Positions 12,760 to 27,140 of a stretch of 64,000 bases of DNA are shown in pieces (the first letter of the stretch is position 1; each line of letters begins with the position of its first letter). The stretch is taken from NCBI GenBank assembly GCA_002104945.1, contig MCFH01000077.1, forward strand, positions 152,874 through 216,873, written 5' to 3'. Source of the stretch: Piromyces finnis finn (Eukaryota; Fungi; Neocallimastigomycota). The translations under genes were made by a program, and so were the position numbers. The notes under the pieces were generated by a model, which saw nothing but the letters and a program-made list of their open reading frames with translations, searched no databases and was not told the DNA's origin.

Positions 12760-13869
12760 GTTAAAAAGAGTGTAAAAACAATAAATAAAAGAAAATATAA
12801 AAACGAAATTAAATTTGTCTAAATTGAAATTATTGTGTTGATAATAAATAATATTTTATAGAATAAATCTGGTATTATTATTCTATATAAATATTATAAA
12901 ATAATAAAACTATTAAAATTATAAAAACAAATTAAATTTATTTAATAAAACTAGTAGATATTGTTAAAGCTCATATAATAGCTGTCGAGATAAAACAATA
13001 TAAGATAACGAAGCAGTTTAAAAAGTTATAATATAACTAACAATCCGTTATTATTTTGAATAATGAAATTAATAAATATAAAATTGTTATTATACTTGAT
13101 TTTTAAGTTAACCTTAAAAGTAACTTAAAGTAAGTTATAGTTTAATTAATTACTTCACCAAAATTCTAAAATAAAATTAATCCTTAACAATGCATATATT
13201 TCGATTATTGAAAGAAAAATAATAAACTTTAATTAATCGATATTAAAATATATAACTTTTGTTAAATTAATTGTTAAATTAAATATTTAATAACTTCTTT
13301 AGTAAATTACACGTTAAAAGTAAACAAATATAGTAATTCATGTTATAAAATAATATAATTAAACACTTTCATTAAAATATTAAAAATAATTATTACTTTA
13401 ATTAATTGTAAAATAAACAACTTTTTATATTCTTTAACTTTTAATTGTTTCTTTTATTGTTATTTTTAATTAATTTTAATTACTTTTATTGTAAATAGTT
13501 ATTAATTTTATTATTTTAATGTAAATGGTTTAAACTTAAAAGAAAATATAAATACATGTAAATATTCTTATTTTAATAATTATTATTATTATTAATAAAA
13601 AAATATTATATAGTTTAATTGATATTTTTATAATTTTAATAATCACTTTTATAATTAAATGAATAAAATTTTAAATAATTAAATATTAGAAAAATGGATG
13701 TTTCTAATAAAACAATTTAGTGTTGTAACAAAACAATTTTATTAATTTTTATAAAAACATTTTTTCAAATTTTAATTCATATAACTTATATAGTTATAAT
13801 TAAAGATATAATATAATAATCACTTTTTGAAGCAAAATTCAAAATTAAGATTATTATCAAATTATATCA
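12760..13869. mobile_element. Two abutting LTRs in inverted orientation relative to the main stack (F-type partial 12760-13053, H-type 13057-13869)
   Basis: They are reverse complements of 24655-24960 and of the 33927/36458-type LTR. They are joined by TTT, and another TGATAAAG start follows at 13873. Confidence 0.75.
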
Positions 13870-15945
13870 TCTTGATAAAGAATGAAATTTATAAATAATA
13901 AATTAATAGAATAGCTGATTTTGGAATTATATAAACTTAATATAAATTAAAATAATAGTGAATAATTAAAATAATATAAAATAAAATATTTAATTAAATT
14001 TTAAAAATGTAAAACATAAACAATTCTTGTTTATAAACAAACTTAAATACAATTAAATAGTATAAATATAAATAGAAAATATTATTTTAAAACATGTTAC
14101 TAATTAGCCAGGAAAATTAGAATATTTTAATAATAAAATAACAAATTAATATATATATATATTTTATAATACATAACAAGATGTATTATATATTTATTTT
14201 AAATAAATAAACTAATATTATAAAACAAGATGATTTTAAAACTTTAAATTATATTTATTAATTATATAAAACTTGTAGAATGAATAAGTAAAAATAAATC
14301 ATTCAATTACACACAAATATACTACTTTCTAAGCCTATTTAGAAAAAAGGTATATTTGAACCTGTGCCATTCTAATAATATATGTAACCTTTCATTTTCT
14401 AGTTGTCTAAAAATTGATTTTTTTTTTGTCACGAATACTAGTGAAATCTGCAATTTCAAGATCACTTGAAATTGTGAAATTACTTATGAAATTTTCAAAA
14501 TCAATAATATTTTAATTTCAAATAAATTATAAAATTATATTAAGAAATATTTAAAAAATTTAGAAATGGTTAAGATATGACCTTAACCCTTAATAATTTT
14601 TATAATAAATAACTTTAACCCTTATCGTCAAAATTGAGTAAGGAAGAACACGCGTATCTTTTGGGAAATTACGGGTTCGTTAGAAAGCCACGCTCAAGAA
14701 CTACAACATATGTTAATATGAGCATAATATCTCTGCTGGTTCACGAGATATTAAGGTTTAAAGATGATTATGAACAAATGATTAATGAAAATTCAGAGAA
14801 TGATCACCCCTGATGTATCAATCATAAACCATTCTGTAAAACTAAATTATCTTTTCCCATTGATTAAAGCAAATTAAATTAAATTAAATTACATTGTAAT
14901 AATTCTCTGGAAGATATTTGAATTAAAAGATTATAAACATTATAATTATATTCAATGAATTATATTAGAATTAGATAATAATTAATATTATAAATATTAT
15001 TAACAATACTTAAATTTAATAATCATGAATAAGCTTTAAGTCTAGTTTTAATATTATAAAATGTATTATAAGTATAATCATGTATTGAAAAGTTACTTTA
15101 TTATTAAATATAAAATTACAAATAGTATAAATAGTTTAGAATAGTTTTAGGAATTAAATCTTTGTAAAGATTATTATCTTATTAATACTTAATAAGTATT
15201 ACTATTAAATAATCTTATTATTATATATATTCTTTAAATAAAATAAAAAGAAATTATTTTAACCATAATACATAATTTAATTATTCATTTATAAAACAAT
15301 TAAGATTATTTTAATAAAACATTTTTTCTAACCTAGTTATCTTTTAATCTTTTATTTAATTTAATATTTTAATATTAAATTATAAGTTTAGTAAAACTTT
15401 TACATTTTTTTTAATAAGTATTTATTACTTGAAATTGTTTTAACATCGTTTTTTTTTAACGACGTCAAATATTTTTAAACTAATTAATATTATAATACCT
15501 GCTATAAAAAAAAAAATAAAAACAAAAATTAAAAAAAAAAATAGTTTAAATAAGCACATTTTTTTTAAATATAAAAAATTATTTTTGTCTTTTAATTATT
15601 ATTATGTATTATTTAATTAACTATATTAATTATTATTAAAATTAACTTATTTCTTAATATTCTAAGTCTTCTTATTTTGTACTATTATTCTTTATATTAA
15701 TATTATTTTTATAATTTAACCCAATCAAATATATAAATTTATAAAATATTTGATTTTATGTAAATTATTTTCTTCCAATAATCAAAATATATGTAATGTT
15801 AAGGATTAATTTTATTTTAGAATTTTGGTAAAAGTAATTAATTAAACTATAACTTATTTAAATTACTTTTAGGGTTAACTTAAAATTTAGGTATAATAAT
15901 AATTTTATATTTATTAATTTCATTATTTATCAATTTCTCGGCCTT

Positions 15946-16637
15946 TTAAGAATTAACTTCGTCCCTTGAAGTTAAATTTTGTTCTGGTAGAACGTAAGGA
16001 AAAACATTTTTAATATATACATTTCTATCAAGTAGTTTTCCTGTATGTGAATCTTCAAGTACAATAGTATTAAATTTTTGTTTATTAACAACTTTATAAG
16101 GACCATAAAAATAAGGATCTAGTTTACTTCTTCCTATTAATCTCATTATAACATAATCACCCGGTTTATAAGTTTTCTTTAAAACTTTGGATAAACCTAT
16201 TCTATGTTCCCAATATTGATTAGCATGATTAGAATATTCAATAGCTTGTTTTACCCAATTTTGATGTCTTAAAAATCTTCTAAAAATATATTCTTCTTCT
16301 GTTTCATTAGGGTCTTTATAAATATCAGGAAACATTATTTCTAATGGCCATGTGTCTCTTCTACCATATAATAGTTCGAAACTACTAAACTTAGTTTTTG
16401 GATTTTTGGTAGTTCTAAGTGCCCAAAGTGCAGATGGTAAATATTCATCCCAATTAAAAGTCTTAAAGCTTAAAGTTTTTCTAATTTCTCTATTACGATT
16501 TTCAATCATACCGTTTGATTCTGGATGATGAGGAGAAACAAAATGCACCTTTGATCCATATAAACCAATCATCATTTTAGTAATGTCAGAAATAAATGAA
16601 CTTCCATTATCAGTAATAATAATTTCTGGAGGTCCAT
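15946..16637 (-). pseudogene. Integrase C-terminal fragment of element H
   Basis: HGPPEIIITDNGSSF...PHHPESNGMIENRN...YFYGPY...TSRDEVNS. Confidence 0.9.
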
Positions 16638-16789
16638 TATGAAATTAAAATCTTTGTAAAGATTATTAACAATAATTAATACTTAATGAGTATTGCTATT
16701 AAATAATCTTATTATTATATTCTTTATTAATATATTATTTAAATAAAAAGAAATTATTTTAAATCACAATATATAATTTAATTATTCAT

Positions 16790-17668
16790 TTATAAAACAA
16801 TTAATGAAAGAATTTCACTTTTTAAAATATCAGCATGTTCCTTAGATAATTTATAAGGTTTTAATTTTATTGGTTTATTAGTAGTAGTAATTATAGAATG
16901 AGGCTCTAAATCCGCAGTAGTTAATTGAGATATTGATGTAGCCATACAAATTTTATATTTATTTATAATATGTTCAAATTCTGATTTAATATTATCAGGT
17001 GTTGAATTTAAGATTTCTTTTAATGTATCTTGAAATTCTTGGTTTTCTTCTTTTGAAATAATTATAGAATTCATTATGGGAATATCATTAGTATCATTAT
17101 CATTACTATTGATAATGTTTGTAATTTTCTTTAAACCTTTTTTTGTTTTCTGGTATATATAATCATCATCGGGGTCAATAAATATGCGGTATTTCTTTTG
17201 AATACCTCTTCCAAAAATTATATCAAAGTATGGGTTACTTTGCTCAATAATATAAATTTTTTCTAAAATAGTACAATTATTAATATTTATTTTTAAAGTA
17301 GTAAAAATATTTGTAGGAACAGTAGTACCATTAGTAATAGTTATATTTTGTTCCTCATCACTTTTTTCAATATTTATATTTGATAATTTATTAAAACCAT
17401 TAGTAGTAATGATATTGACATTTGCGCCAGTACCACAAAGAATTTTTAAATATTTTCCATCTATATCACCAATTATTAATGGAATATTAGAGTTATTAAA
17501 AGAGTACATTACTTTTTCAACTTTGGGTTTACAACCTTGTTCTAATTCTTTCCTAAGTGATGGACTAGCAGAAAGTAATTGAGAAAGACTTATTTTTGGA
17601 TATAAGTTATTTGCTTCTTTAATTATACTAAATTTATCTTTAATTTTTAACATTTGTATTTCTGTCAT
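16790..17668 (-). pseudogene. Pol N-terminal/protease fragment of element H
   Basis: Homologous to 29956-31377 (ISLSQLLSASPSLRKEL; LCGTGANVNII versus LFDTGANVNII) and truncated at the start of RT. Confidence 0.85.
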
Positions 17669-18191
17669 ATTTTTTTGTAGTTACTTTGGGTTTGACAGAA
17701 TTTTTCTTTACTTTTACATTATTTGTTTCATTATTATTTTAAAAGTTTCTTCATTAGTAGAATTATTAGAGTCATTAATTTTAATAGGTTGGATATGCTC
17801 TTTTGTATTAGTAACTTCTTACAAAGATATTTCTTTGGTATTATTTTATTCTTCTTCACTTTCTATCTCTATTTCTTCATTTGGAATTTCTTCCATAACC
17901 TCATTTTTATCTTCACTAATTTTTCTTCTACGAGTATATCTAATAGCATTCTTTTGTTATTTTAAGTTCCTAATGTTAGGTTGGTTAAGTATTGAGGGCT
18001 TGACAATACACTTTTATTATTCGGTGATATTTTATTTTTATCTAGTATTTTAACATTTATTTTCTTCTTTTGAGCAGCATTTATAGAATAATTATTTTCA
18101 TTAGAGATATTAGAATTTATTTGTGCTTCTTGTACATTTTGTGAACTGTTTGCAATTTTAGTTTTTATGGGAGATTGCTTACTCCTATTAT

Positions 18192-19160
18192 TTAGTTTAA
18201 ATGATTGTATTCGTCATCTAATTCTGGACAATTATTCGTAGTATGACCTATTCTTTTACAATTCAAACAAACATTAATTTTTAGGTCAGCAAGCTTTTGG
18301 GTTATTTCTTTTAGTTCATCCTCATTATTTTGTGGATATCTTAAGGTACTTCTTCTTTGCTCAACATTTTGGTTAATATTATTAAATCTTGAATAATTAT
18401 TATTATCATTATTGTAGTTGTTATTTTGAATATTATTATTATAATTATTATTTCTGTGATTACTAATATAATTTCTATTATTATAATTTTTAAAACTATT
18501 TTGAGTAGTGTTATTGTTATTCATTCTGTTGTAACTATTAAAATTATTTGAATATGTTCTATCATTATTTTTTTGAGCATTATTATCATTTGAAGACCTT
18601 CTAGAATTAATGGAAGTCCTTATTTTAGGTCTATTTTCTTCAACTATATTATAAATTTTCTCTTTTTTAATAGTGATATTTCTGGCTTCTTCTAAGCTTT
18701 TTGATTCAGCTTCTAAAAGTGCCTCATAAGTTCTGGTAAAATTTCTAAAAGTATTAATGTAGTATGATAATATAATTTCATTTGACATTTTTAAATTTGT
18801 TTTATTTATTAAAGAGTCAAATTTAATATTGGAATCAGATACACTTTCATTTTTCTTTATTGTAATAGTAGATAATTCTAATAGTCTTGAATTCTTTGGT
18901 ATGGAACCTCTAAAATGACTTTTAAGGTTTTTGATGATGGTATAATAATCATCTGGTGTTTCTTTGTTTAATGCATTAACTACAATTGTTCTAGCTGTAC
19001 CCGTAGTTAATGATATAAGGTATTCTAACTTTTCTTGTTCTGGTACCTTATATTAATTACACCAATGTTTAAAAGAAAATTCCCAATCATCAAATTCAAC
19101 CTTTGTTGAACCCAAAATAGGTATTCTATTAAAGGTAATACCTTTAGTAGTATTATCCAT
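18192..19160 (-). pseudogene. Gag of element H with CCHC zinc knuckle
   Basis: It starts MDNTTKGITFNRIPILG, homologous to element I gag, carries an internal TAA, and ends CLNCKRIGHTTNNC...NHLN*. Confidence 0.85.
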
Positions 19161-19288
19161 TATTAATTTTTATTTTTATATTATTTTATTTGTTTTATTT
19201 CAATATTTTATTTTATATTATTTTACTTGTTTTATTTCAATATTTTATTTTATATTATTTTATTTAAAAGTTCTAATTTATAATAAGT

Positions 19289-19320
<32 letters not shown>

Positions 19321-20748
19321 TTTACAATGATTTTTATTTACAATAATATAATTTTATTTACAAGTATTTAGTATTATTTACAATAATGCTTATATAATTT
19401 TATTTACAGGTATTTAGTATTATTTATAATAATTTATCCACAATAAAATAATTTTATTTACAGATATTTTATATAAAAGATATTAGATTTTTTTTATTAA
19501 TAAAATATAATATGATAGGAAGTAAATAGTTGTTATGTATAAACAGTTATTTTAGTTTTATTGTTATTAGGGAACTTTATTCTTGAGAAAATTTTATTAT
19601 TATTTATTATATAACGTTATGAATATATTTTATTTATATCAAATCATTTTATATATTAGTATTGTTATTTATAAGGAATAGTTGTTTTAGTGTAAGATAT
19701 ATATTTTTTTTATTATTATAAAGCAGAAGATAATATTGATTATGTTGTTATAGTACCTTCAGAGTACCCGACAGTCTCGTCACCGTGTCTTTCGACCTCC
19801 ACTAACTAACTGTCATAAATATTAAGTGGTGTAATATTTACTTATTAGTTAGCGCTCTACTCCCCCATGATATGTGATAAAACTGCACTCTTACTAACTT
19901 ACTATAAAACACTTTAATTATCTTAGTAATTAATTAACCGAAAAGATAAACAAAAGTTATTTTTCGCTGAAAGTTAACTAAAAAGACAACTCAATATTAT
20001 TACTTTTAATTATTTAAAACTTATAACAATACTTTTTAATTTTATTTTATTTGACTGATGATTATATTTTGTAATTTTTATTGAATAATTTTTATTAAAT
20101 TATAATTATTATTTTATAATTACAATTTATGTATTTCTTTTTCTTAAAAAAAAATAATTAAATATAAAACTTTATTTACAGGATTTATTTTTCGCTTTTT
20201 AGTGCCTTACAACAATTTAATTAACCGGCAAAAGCTACTAACTAGAGGTGATATACTAGACCTCAAAATAAATTTAAACTATATATTTTTATGTCGCTTT
20301 ACCTTCACGACAAACCTTTAGCCTTCGGTGACTAAAGTTCCTTATTCGCCAGAGTTCACTAAAGTATTCAACTTGAGAGTCCTGTATTGCGTGCTTTTTA
20401 TCACACTAACAATCCCTTCCCCCAAGTAAGTGTGCTATTCACACTCGTCCTACTTATACAAATACTTCAGTGATTAACAGCTATAATTTCTAACCAACTG
20501 AAACTAGTTAATTATACACTGAAACTCTGTATATGAGCTCTATACGCTCCTAGTATATTTTTACAAGTATTTTTTTTTATTTATAAAGTTTTATATTTAT
20601 AATTTCTAAATATTATATAATTTCTAAGTATATAAATCATTTACTTTTATTTTCTTTATTTTTATTTATAAAATTTTAGATAAAGATAATATCACTTTCT
20701 ATATTCATTTATAGAATTAAGATAATATTTTATATTGTATCAATTAAT

Positions 20749-21308
20749 TGTCACAATAACATATATAAAAATTTAAAAAATTTGGACACATGGAAAAAAA
20801 TTATTTTTTAAATTTATTATAAAATTTCTAATATTTGAAATTATTAAATTTTTTTAAAAATTATTAAAAAATTTATTATTAAAAATTTTATATTAAATTT
20901 ATTAACTATTTACAATAATTATATTAATTATTAATTTATAAAAATTAAATATTTTATAATTAAACAATAATTAATTAAAATTAAAAAATGTAATAATTAA
21001 AATTGTTCATGTATAAAAAGAACAAAAATTGACAAAAATTACGAAGCTTTAGCGTTAGTAATTTTTTAACTTAAAGTTAATAAAATTTATAAACTCCTAT
21101 AAAACCTAAAACTTTAAAAATTTTAATATTTTTAATAACTTAATATATGCTGATATTAAGTTATTGCTAAAATAAAAATATTATTTAATTTTCTTTATGT
21201 AAATATTATTAGCTTTACGCCTTCAATAGGAAAGCGTATTATATTTGTTAATTAATATAACTAGTGTGCTTACCACACTTTTCTTTAATAAAAAATCGCT
21301 TTTTGACA
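20749..21308 (+). mobile_element. Solo LTR of family A (small internal deletion)
   Basis: TGTCACAATAAC...GCTTTTTGACA, near-identical to 4129-4745. Confidence 0.95.
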
Positions 21309-21309
21309 A

Positions 21310-22813
21310 TGATGCAATATATTTCAAAAACACCATAAATAAAATATAAGTTAATGAACGTTAGCAATAGGGAATGATAGTTGAATAATATATTAGATAA
21401 TATTGTATTTATTTCTATTTTATAATAATGAAAATAAAATGATAAAATGATAAATAATAAAAATAATAAATTTTATAATAATATAATTAAATAGATCTTG
21501 GTTTAAAGTTTCTTTATTTAATTATTATTATTATGATTATAACATTAATAACATTCAATACTAATAGAATCGAAAGTTATTATTTAATAAATATAAATAG
21601 TTAAATATAAAATGTAAATATAGAAATATGTTGATAAAATTATTATTAATAATAAAAATATAACTTCTCTGAAATAATAAACAATAAATATTCTTTTCTT
21701 TTATAATTAATATTTAAACCGAGTTACATATAATAAATACTAAATACATAATCATTAAACTAAAACTAAACTAAAACTAAACTAAACTAAAATAAAATAA
21801 AATAAAACTAATACTTAAAACTAAAATATCAAATATTATTTATAAATGAAAAGTTTTCTCTTCTTTAATATCTTATTCTTTATAACTGGGCTAGGGTTGT
21901 TATGTAACCTGGTCAGAATGTTTTGATATAATATAGCCTAATCTAGAATAAAATATTAAACTTGTTTTTAATAATATGAATTCATATGATAGATCTTAAG
22001 ATTAATTTTTTAAATTACTTTTAAATAAAAAGTATTGTTTTAATCATTTTAAATTGTAAATATTTAATATTATAAATTGAGAATAACAATTGCTGATACT
22101 AATTATATATTCTCATGATTAATTAATTAATAATTATAACTAATGATTTTTGATCCAAAGGTTTTTTGGTTTGATTATGATTGAGGTTATTAATCAAAAA
22201 TTATTTGAAGATTATTAATTAATTTTTATAATTGATTAGGTTTGGAATTAAGAATACTTATTATCTAACTTTATTTAGTAATAATGGAGAATTTTTTAAA
22301 TTGAAATATTTATAGAAAGTTGGATGACTTGAATAATGACTTTAATTATATAAATTAATATTGATCATTTTAATATATATTATTATATATTAATTGAAAC
22401 TAATTAAATCTTTAAATAGCTATATCTCAAGAACTAATAGTCTAAATTAGCTGAAAATTTGTGAGAATATAGATCTCAACTAGTACTTTCTAATAAAGTT
22501 GATTTGAAGTCTCTAGAAAAGGAAAATAGGACACGAGATTCAGAAGTTATCGCTAGTTTCGTATAGTGCATTTTCTTCTCAAGGGTTAATTTATTGAAAA
22601 TTAAATTTTTGTGATCCTTAACCCTTTTCAATATTAAATTTTTTCAAGTGATCTTTCAATTATTTTTTAAAAGTATTTTATAATTTTTGAAATATAAATT
22701 TGATTTTAAAATTGTTTATTTGAATATTTAATTTATTTTTTAATCGTCTTCTATTCTTGACATTATAGTTAATAATTCTATTATATAATAATTTATAGTG
22801 GAATTATTACACA
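21310..22813. mobile_element. LTR-like segment E (possibly two fused LTR pieces); a deleted copy lies at 60524-61161
   Basis: TG...CA bounded, flanked by stack linkers, and repeated at 60524-61161. Confidence 0.6.
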
Positions 22814-22817
22814 AAAA

Positions 22818-23957
22818 TGATGCGTTGACCGATATATTTTTGAATAATGTAATGTTTTTAATAAATAATAAATTCTATATTATTATGATGAAACAATAAA
22901 TTTAGAATAAAATAAAAATATGTTTTATAATTAACAAATAAATCACTTAAAAATCGAAAATAAACTCTTATTATGTTTTAAATTAAATATTTATTATATT
23001 TTATAATTTATTTATTATCTATTTATTGTCCCCTTTCTATGAAGAAGAATTTTATCTTCCTTTTATACATTTTCATTTATTACATGTATTATTATTTTTA
23101 ACTATTAAATATTATTATTACTATTGTTATTATTTATTAAAATTAAAAGAATAAATTAAAATTATGTCTTAGTATTATAAAATATTATAGAATATTACTT
23201 ATTTGATTTTCTTATTACTTCAAAATGTTTAAATTTAGAAAAATTATTATAAATTATCATTGACTATCATTAAATGTATAATACCTTGAATAAAATAATT
23301 AAAATTTAAAATTAAAATAATATTAAAATAAAATTAAAATAAAATTAAAATAAAAATTTAACAAAATTAAAATATTAAAAGTATCAATTATTATAAACAC
23401 TCATTTTATACAGAAACATAAAAGAGTTCTGTATTTTATCTTTGGAATTGTTATTATTGTTCTATTTCCAGGTTTTAAGTTTATCATTTTAGTAATAATT
23501 ACTCAATTAGCTATTTATTAATTTATAAGTTTAAGAGAATTTCTAAAGAACACTTGGATAAACACTGGAATTAATAATTTGATGTATACCATTTTATTTT
23601 TAGTTTATTTATTCATTTTTATTTATTTATTATTATTTTATTATTTTAGTACATTATTGGATTAAGTCGTTTTATTTTATTTAATAATTTATTTTATTTA
23701 ATAATTTATTTTATTTAATAATTTATTTTATTTAATAATTTATTTTATTATTATCACTATTAGGTCGTTTTTACTCAGAATTTATTATATAATAAAGAGA
23801 ATATTATTTATTTAAGAAAGGGTTATATTTCATAAAATTATTATTCGTTCATTTTTAAGGGTTATTATCGTTTATTTTTATTATTATAAGTTACTATGGG
23901 TTAAGTCGTGTTTATTCAGCTAGTTTTTTATTATGTTTTTATGTGAGTAGCGTATCA
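22818..23957. mobile_element. Solo LTR, family D
   Basis: TGATGCGTTG...TAGCGTATCA with AAAA on both sides. A second copy is at 35314-36452 and a 3' fragment ends at 60519. Confidence 0.85.
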
Positions 23958-23961
23958 AAAA

Positions 23962-24650
23962 TGTTACGGTTCGAGGAATTTACTTTTATTTATAAAATAT
24001 TAATAAATTTATTAATACTCAAAAATAATATTAAAGTGAAATAAGAAAAATTGTTTTATTAAGATATTAATATAAAATTATAAAATAAAATAAAAATAAA
24101 AATAAAAATATCTGTATATTCTCTAATTCTTATAATATACACCTTTTTATACTTTTTGTAAAAAATTAAGTAGTGTTAATTAAAAGAATTAGTCTTTAAT
24201 TATTTACATTAATTTTAGTATTTAAATTACTTTTAAATTAATAATAAGATTACATTACTATTATAATAAATATTTATACATATTATTAAATTGATTAACA
24301 TACATTAAAAGTTTACTTTAAATATATTTAACTAAAGAATTTTACTATTTTACAGAAATATTATTCATAATTTTAATTAATAAAAATTCATTAACTTGAT
24401 AAATTAAACTAAAAGTTCAATAAACTATAATTTTCAATATATTATTATTACTAAATTAATTTTTAAGTTTAATAAAATAAAATTTAAGTTCAATAAAAAT
24501 AATTATTAATAATTTTAAATATAATTTAAGTGTATACATTAATTTACAAATAAGAATATTGTAAAGTTTTCATACATTTAGGAACAATAATGGATTAGGT
24601 TATAATCATTAATTATGACAAGAATAACATTATTTGTTGGTTCCTTAACA
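23962..24650 (-). mobile_element. Solo LTR of family B
   Basis: TGTTACGGTTCGAGG...GGTTCCTTAACA, matching the LTRs of element B, with AAAA on both sides. Confidence 0.92.
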
Positions 24651-24654
24651 AAAA

Positions 24655-25275
24655 TGATAACGGATTGGTAGTTATATTACAACTTTTTAACTACTTCTTC
24701 TGTTATCTTATATTGTTTTATCTCGACAGCTATTGTACGAGCTTTAACAATATCTACTAGTTTTATTAATTTATTTTAAGTTATTTTATAATTTTAATAG
24801 TTTTATTATTTTAATAATATTTATATAGAATAATAACACCAGATTTATTCTATAAAATATTATTTATTATTAACACAATAATTACAAATTAGACAAGTTT
24901 AATTTCGTTTTTATATTTTCTTTTATTTATTGTTCTTACGCTCTTTTTAACAATAATTTTTATTATATAAAAACTTATTTTTGTCTTTTAAATATTATTA
25001 TGTATTCACTAATTAATTATATTAACTATTATTAAAATTTAACTTATTATTAGTAATCTAAGTCTTCTCATTTTCTACTAAAAATTATTATTATTCTTTA
25101 TATTAAAAATTATTTTTATAATTTAATCCAATCAAATATATAAATTTATAAAATATTTGATTTTATGTAAATTATATTTTTATAATAAACTATATAAAAT
25201 TATTTAATAATTATTTTATAATAAAATTTTCTACTAATATCAAATTTATAATATATTTATAATTATTATTTATCA
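24655..25275. mobile_element. Solo LTR, family F
   Basis: TGATAACGG...TTATTTATCA with AAAA flanks. Homologous pieces lie at 12760-13053 (inverted) and about 15575-15770. Confidence 0.75.
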
Positions 25276-25282
25276 AAAAAAA

Positions 25283-25314
25283 TGATAAATAATTAAATTT
25301 ATAAATTATGAATT

Positions 25315-25387
<73 letters not shown>

Positions 25388-25461
25388 TTAAAACACAGAT
25401 AGTTGAAAATTAAAATAATTAACATGTATAAAATTATTAAATTAAAAACTATAAATGTAAA

Positions 25462-25492
<31 letters not shown>

Positions 25493-26529
25493 TAAATTAA
25501 ATAGTTTATATTTGTTTATAATTATACTTTAAAATAATAATTTTGTATAAATAGTGATAGAATTATTTTATTTTAAAAGATGTTCCTAATAATCCAGTAA
25601 AATTAGATAATAATATTAAATTTTATTAAAATAATAGTTGTGATTATATTTACATACATTCAAGATGTATTAAACCATAACATATATATATTTAACAATA
25701 CAAGAGTTATTAAATATTAAAACTTTATAATTAAATAAAATAATTTTATACTTTAAACTAACAAAGACTTGCAAATGAACAAGTATAAAAATCATTTATT
25801 CTATTTTTATTTTCTTATTTATTTTTATTTATTAAATTTTAGATACAAATATTATCATGTTAAGGATTTCACTTCAGTTAGGTCGGAACGTACATATTTA
25901 CCCTAAGTTTATCAATTAATTAAATAATTGAATTAGTAAATTTTTAAATAAATAATATTTTATTAACTTTATTTATTAATAAATTTTTATTTAAAGAAAA
26001 ATCTTTATTTATTAGTTATTATTATAATTAGAGTAAATATTAAATGTAATGAACTCTCGAAATTCCTAATGATAGGAATTTTCTCGAGTATTTATACTAT
26101 CTCTAATATTAAGGAATACATTTTAAATTTAATACATGACTAATTATTTATATTAATTAACTATTCTATAAATTAATTATATATTAATTATATATGACTT
26201 TTCACTCGTGTTAAATTTAATAATTATAAAAGTCATATTATCAATCATTTGTAGAAGGAATGATTATTTTATAATTTAGTTTTAATTTCCTTCTTAATCA
26301 AATGAACAAAGAAATATTAATTCAAACTTTAATAAATATAAAATCTTAATAATTATAATTAATTAATATTTCTTAAAATATTATTTAATTATGTTTTATA
26401 ATAAAATATTTCTAATTAATTAAACGAATAAAACACTAATTAAATAAATAATCATGAATCCACTAATATTCATGACATATCACTTTCTATATTCCTTTAT
26501 AGAATTAAGATAATATCCTCTTCGTATCA
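25283..26529. mobile_element. LTR-like segment G/J
   Basis: TGATAAAT start. Its 3' end (ATATCACTTTCTATATTC...GTATCA) is shared with the LTR ending at 20742. It contains an (AAT)n tract at about 25317-25386. Internal composition is unresolved. Confidence 0.55.
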
Positions 26530-27140
26530 AAAATGATAAGTGTTTAATATTATCTTAATTTATAATTAAATAATTATAAAAGTGATAATATTCTTATCAA
26601 TTTATATAAAAAAAAAAGATTTAAAATAAATTTTTATTATAAAGTTATTTGAAATATTTTAATTCGACATAACGATTATTAACAAAATATAAAAGTTATG
26701 TTTTAAAAACACAATTTTAAAATATATTTTTGAATCAACTCTTTATTTAATACATTTATTAAAAGTATTGATTGATTTTTAAATTAGGAAATAATTACAT
26801 GTATTTATAATTTTCTTTCTGTTTTAACTTTTTAAAATAAAATATTAATATGTTTTAAAATAATAATGAATAATAAATAAAAGAAACAATTTATTTTAAA
26901 GTAATTAATTTAATTAATATAACCCTATTTTACTATTTAAAATGTTATTTATACTATGTTTATTTTATAACAAAAATATAATTTAAACTGAGTTTTAATA
27001 AATAATTTTTATACTTTTAATTAAACATTTAAATATTATTATTATTTATTATTTATTTTTAAGTTGTTTTGAGGGTTAGTTTATATCAAGATTATAATTT
27101 CATATTTATTAATTCCAATTTATATCAATTTCTCCCTTCT

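Larger units (their letters stand above)
15575..20742 (-). mobile_element. Degenerate Ty3/gypsy element H (gag/pol type, RT-RNaseH deleted)
   Basis: An LTR end at 15932 is followed by a PPT-like tract and an integrase C-half (15946-16637), a protease region (16790-17668, catalytic D lost: LCGTGA) and a gag with CCHC (18192-19160, internal stops). Outer boundaries are approximate. Confidence 0.85.

Noticed and set aside
19740-20520. Candidate PBS for element H (e.g. CTCCCCCA at about 19859-19866)
   Set aside because: It is not adjacent to a recognisable matching LTR and I could not assign a tRNA.
23962-23980. B-box-like GGTTCGAGGA at the end of family B LTRs
   Set aside because: It has one mismatch to GTTCRANNC and there is no A-box or tRNA fold. 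It cannot be distinguished from chance, although a TFIIIC ChIP would settle it.
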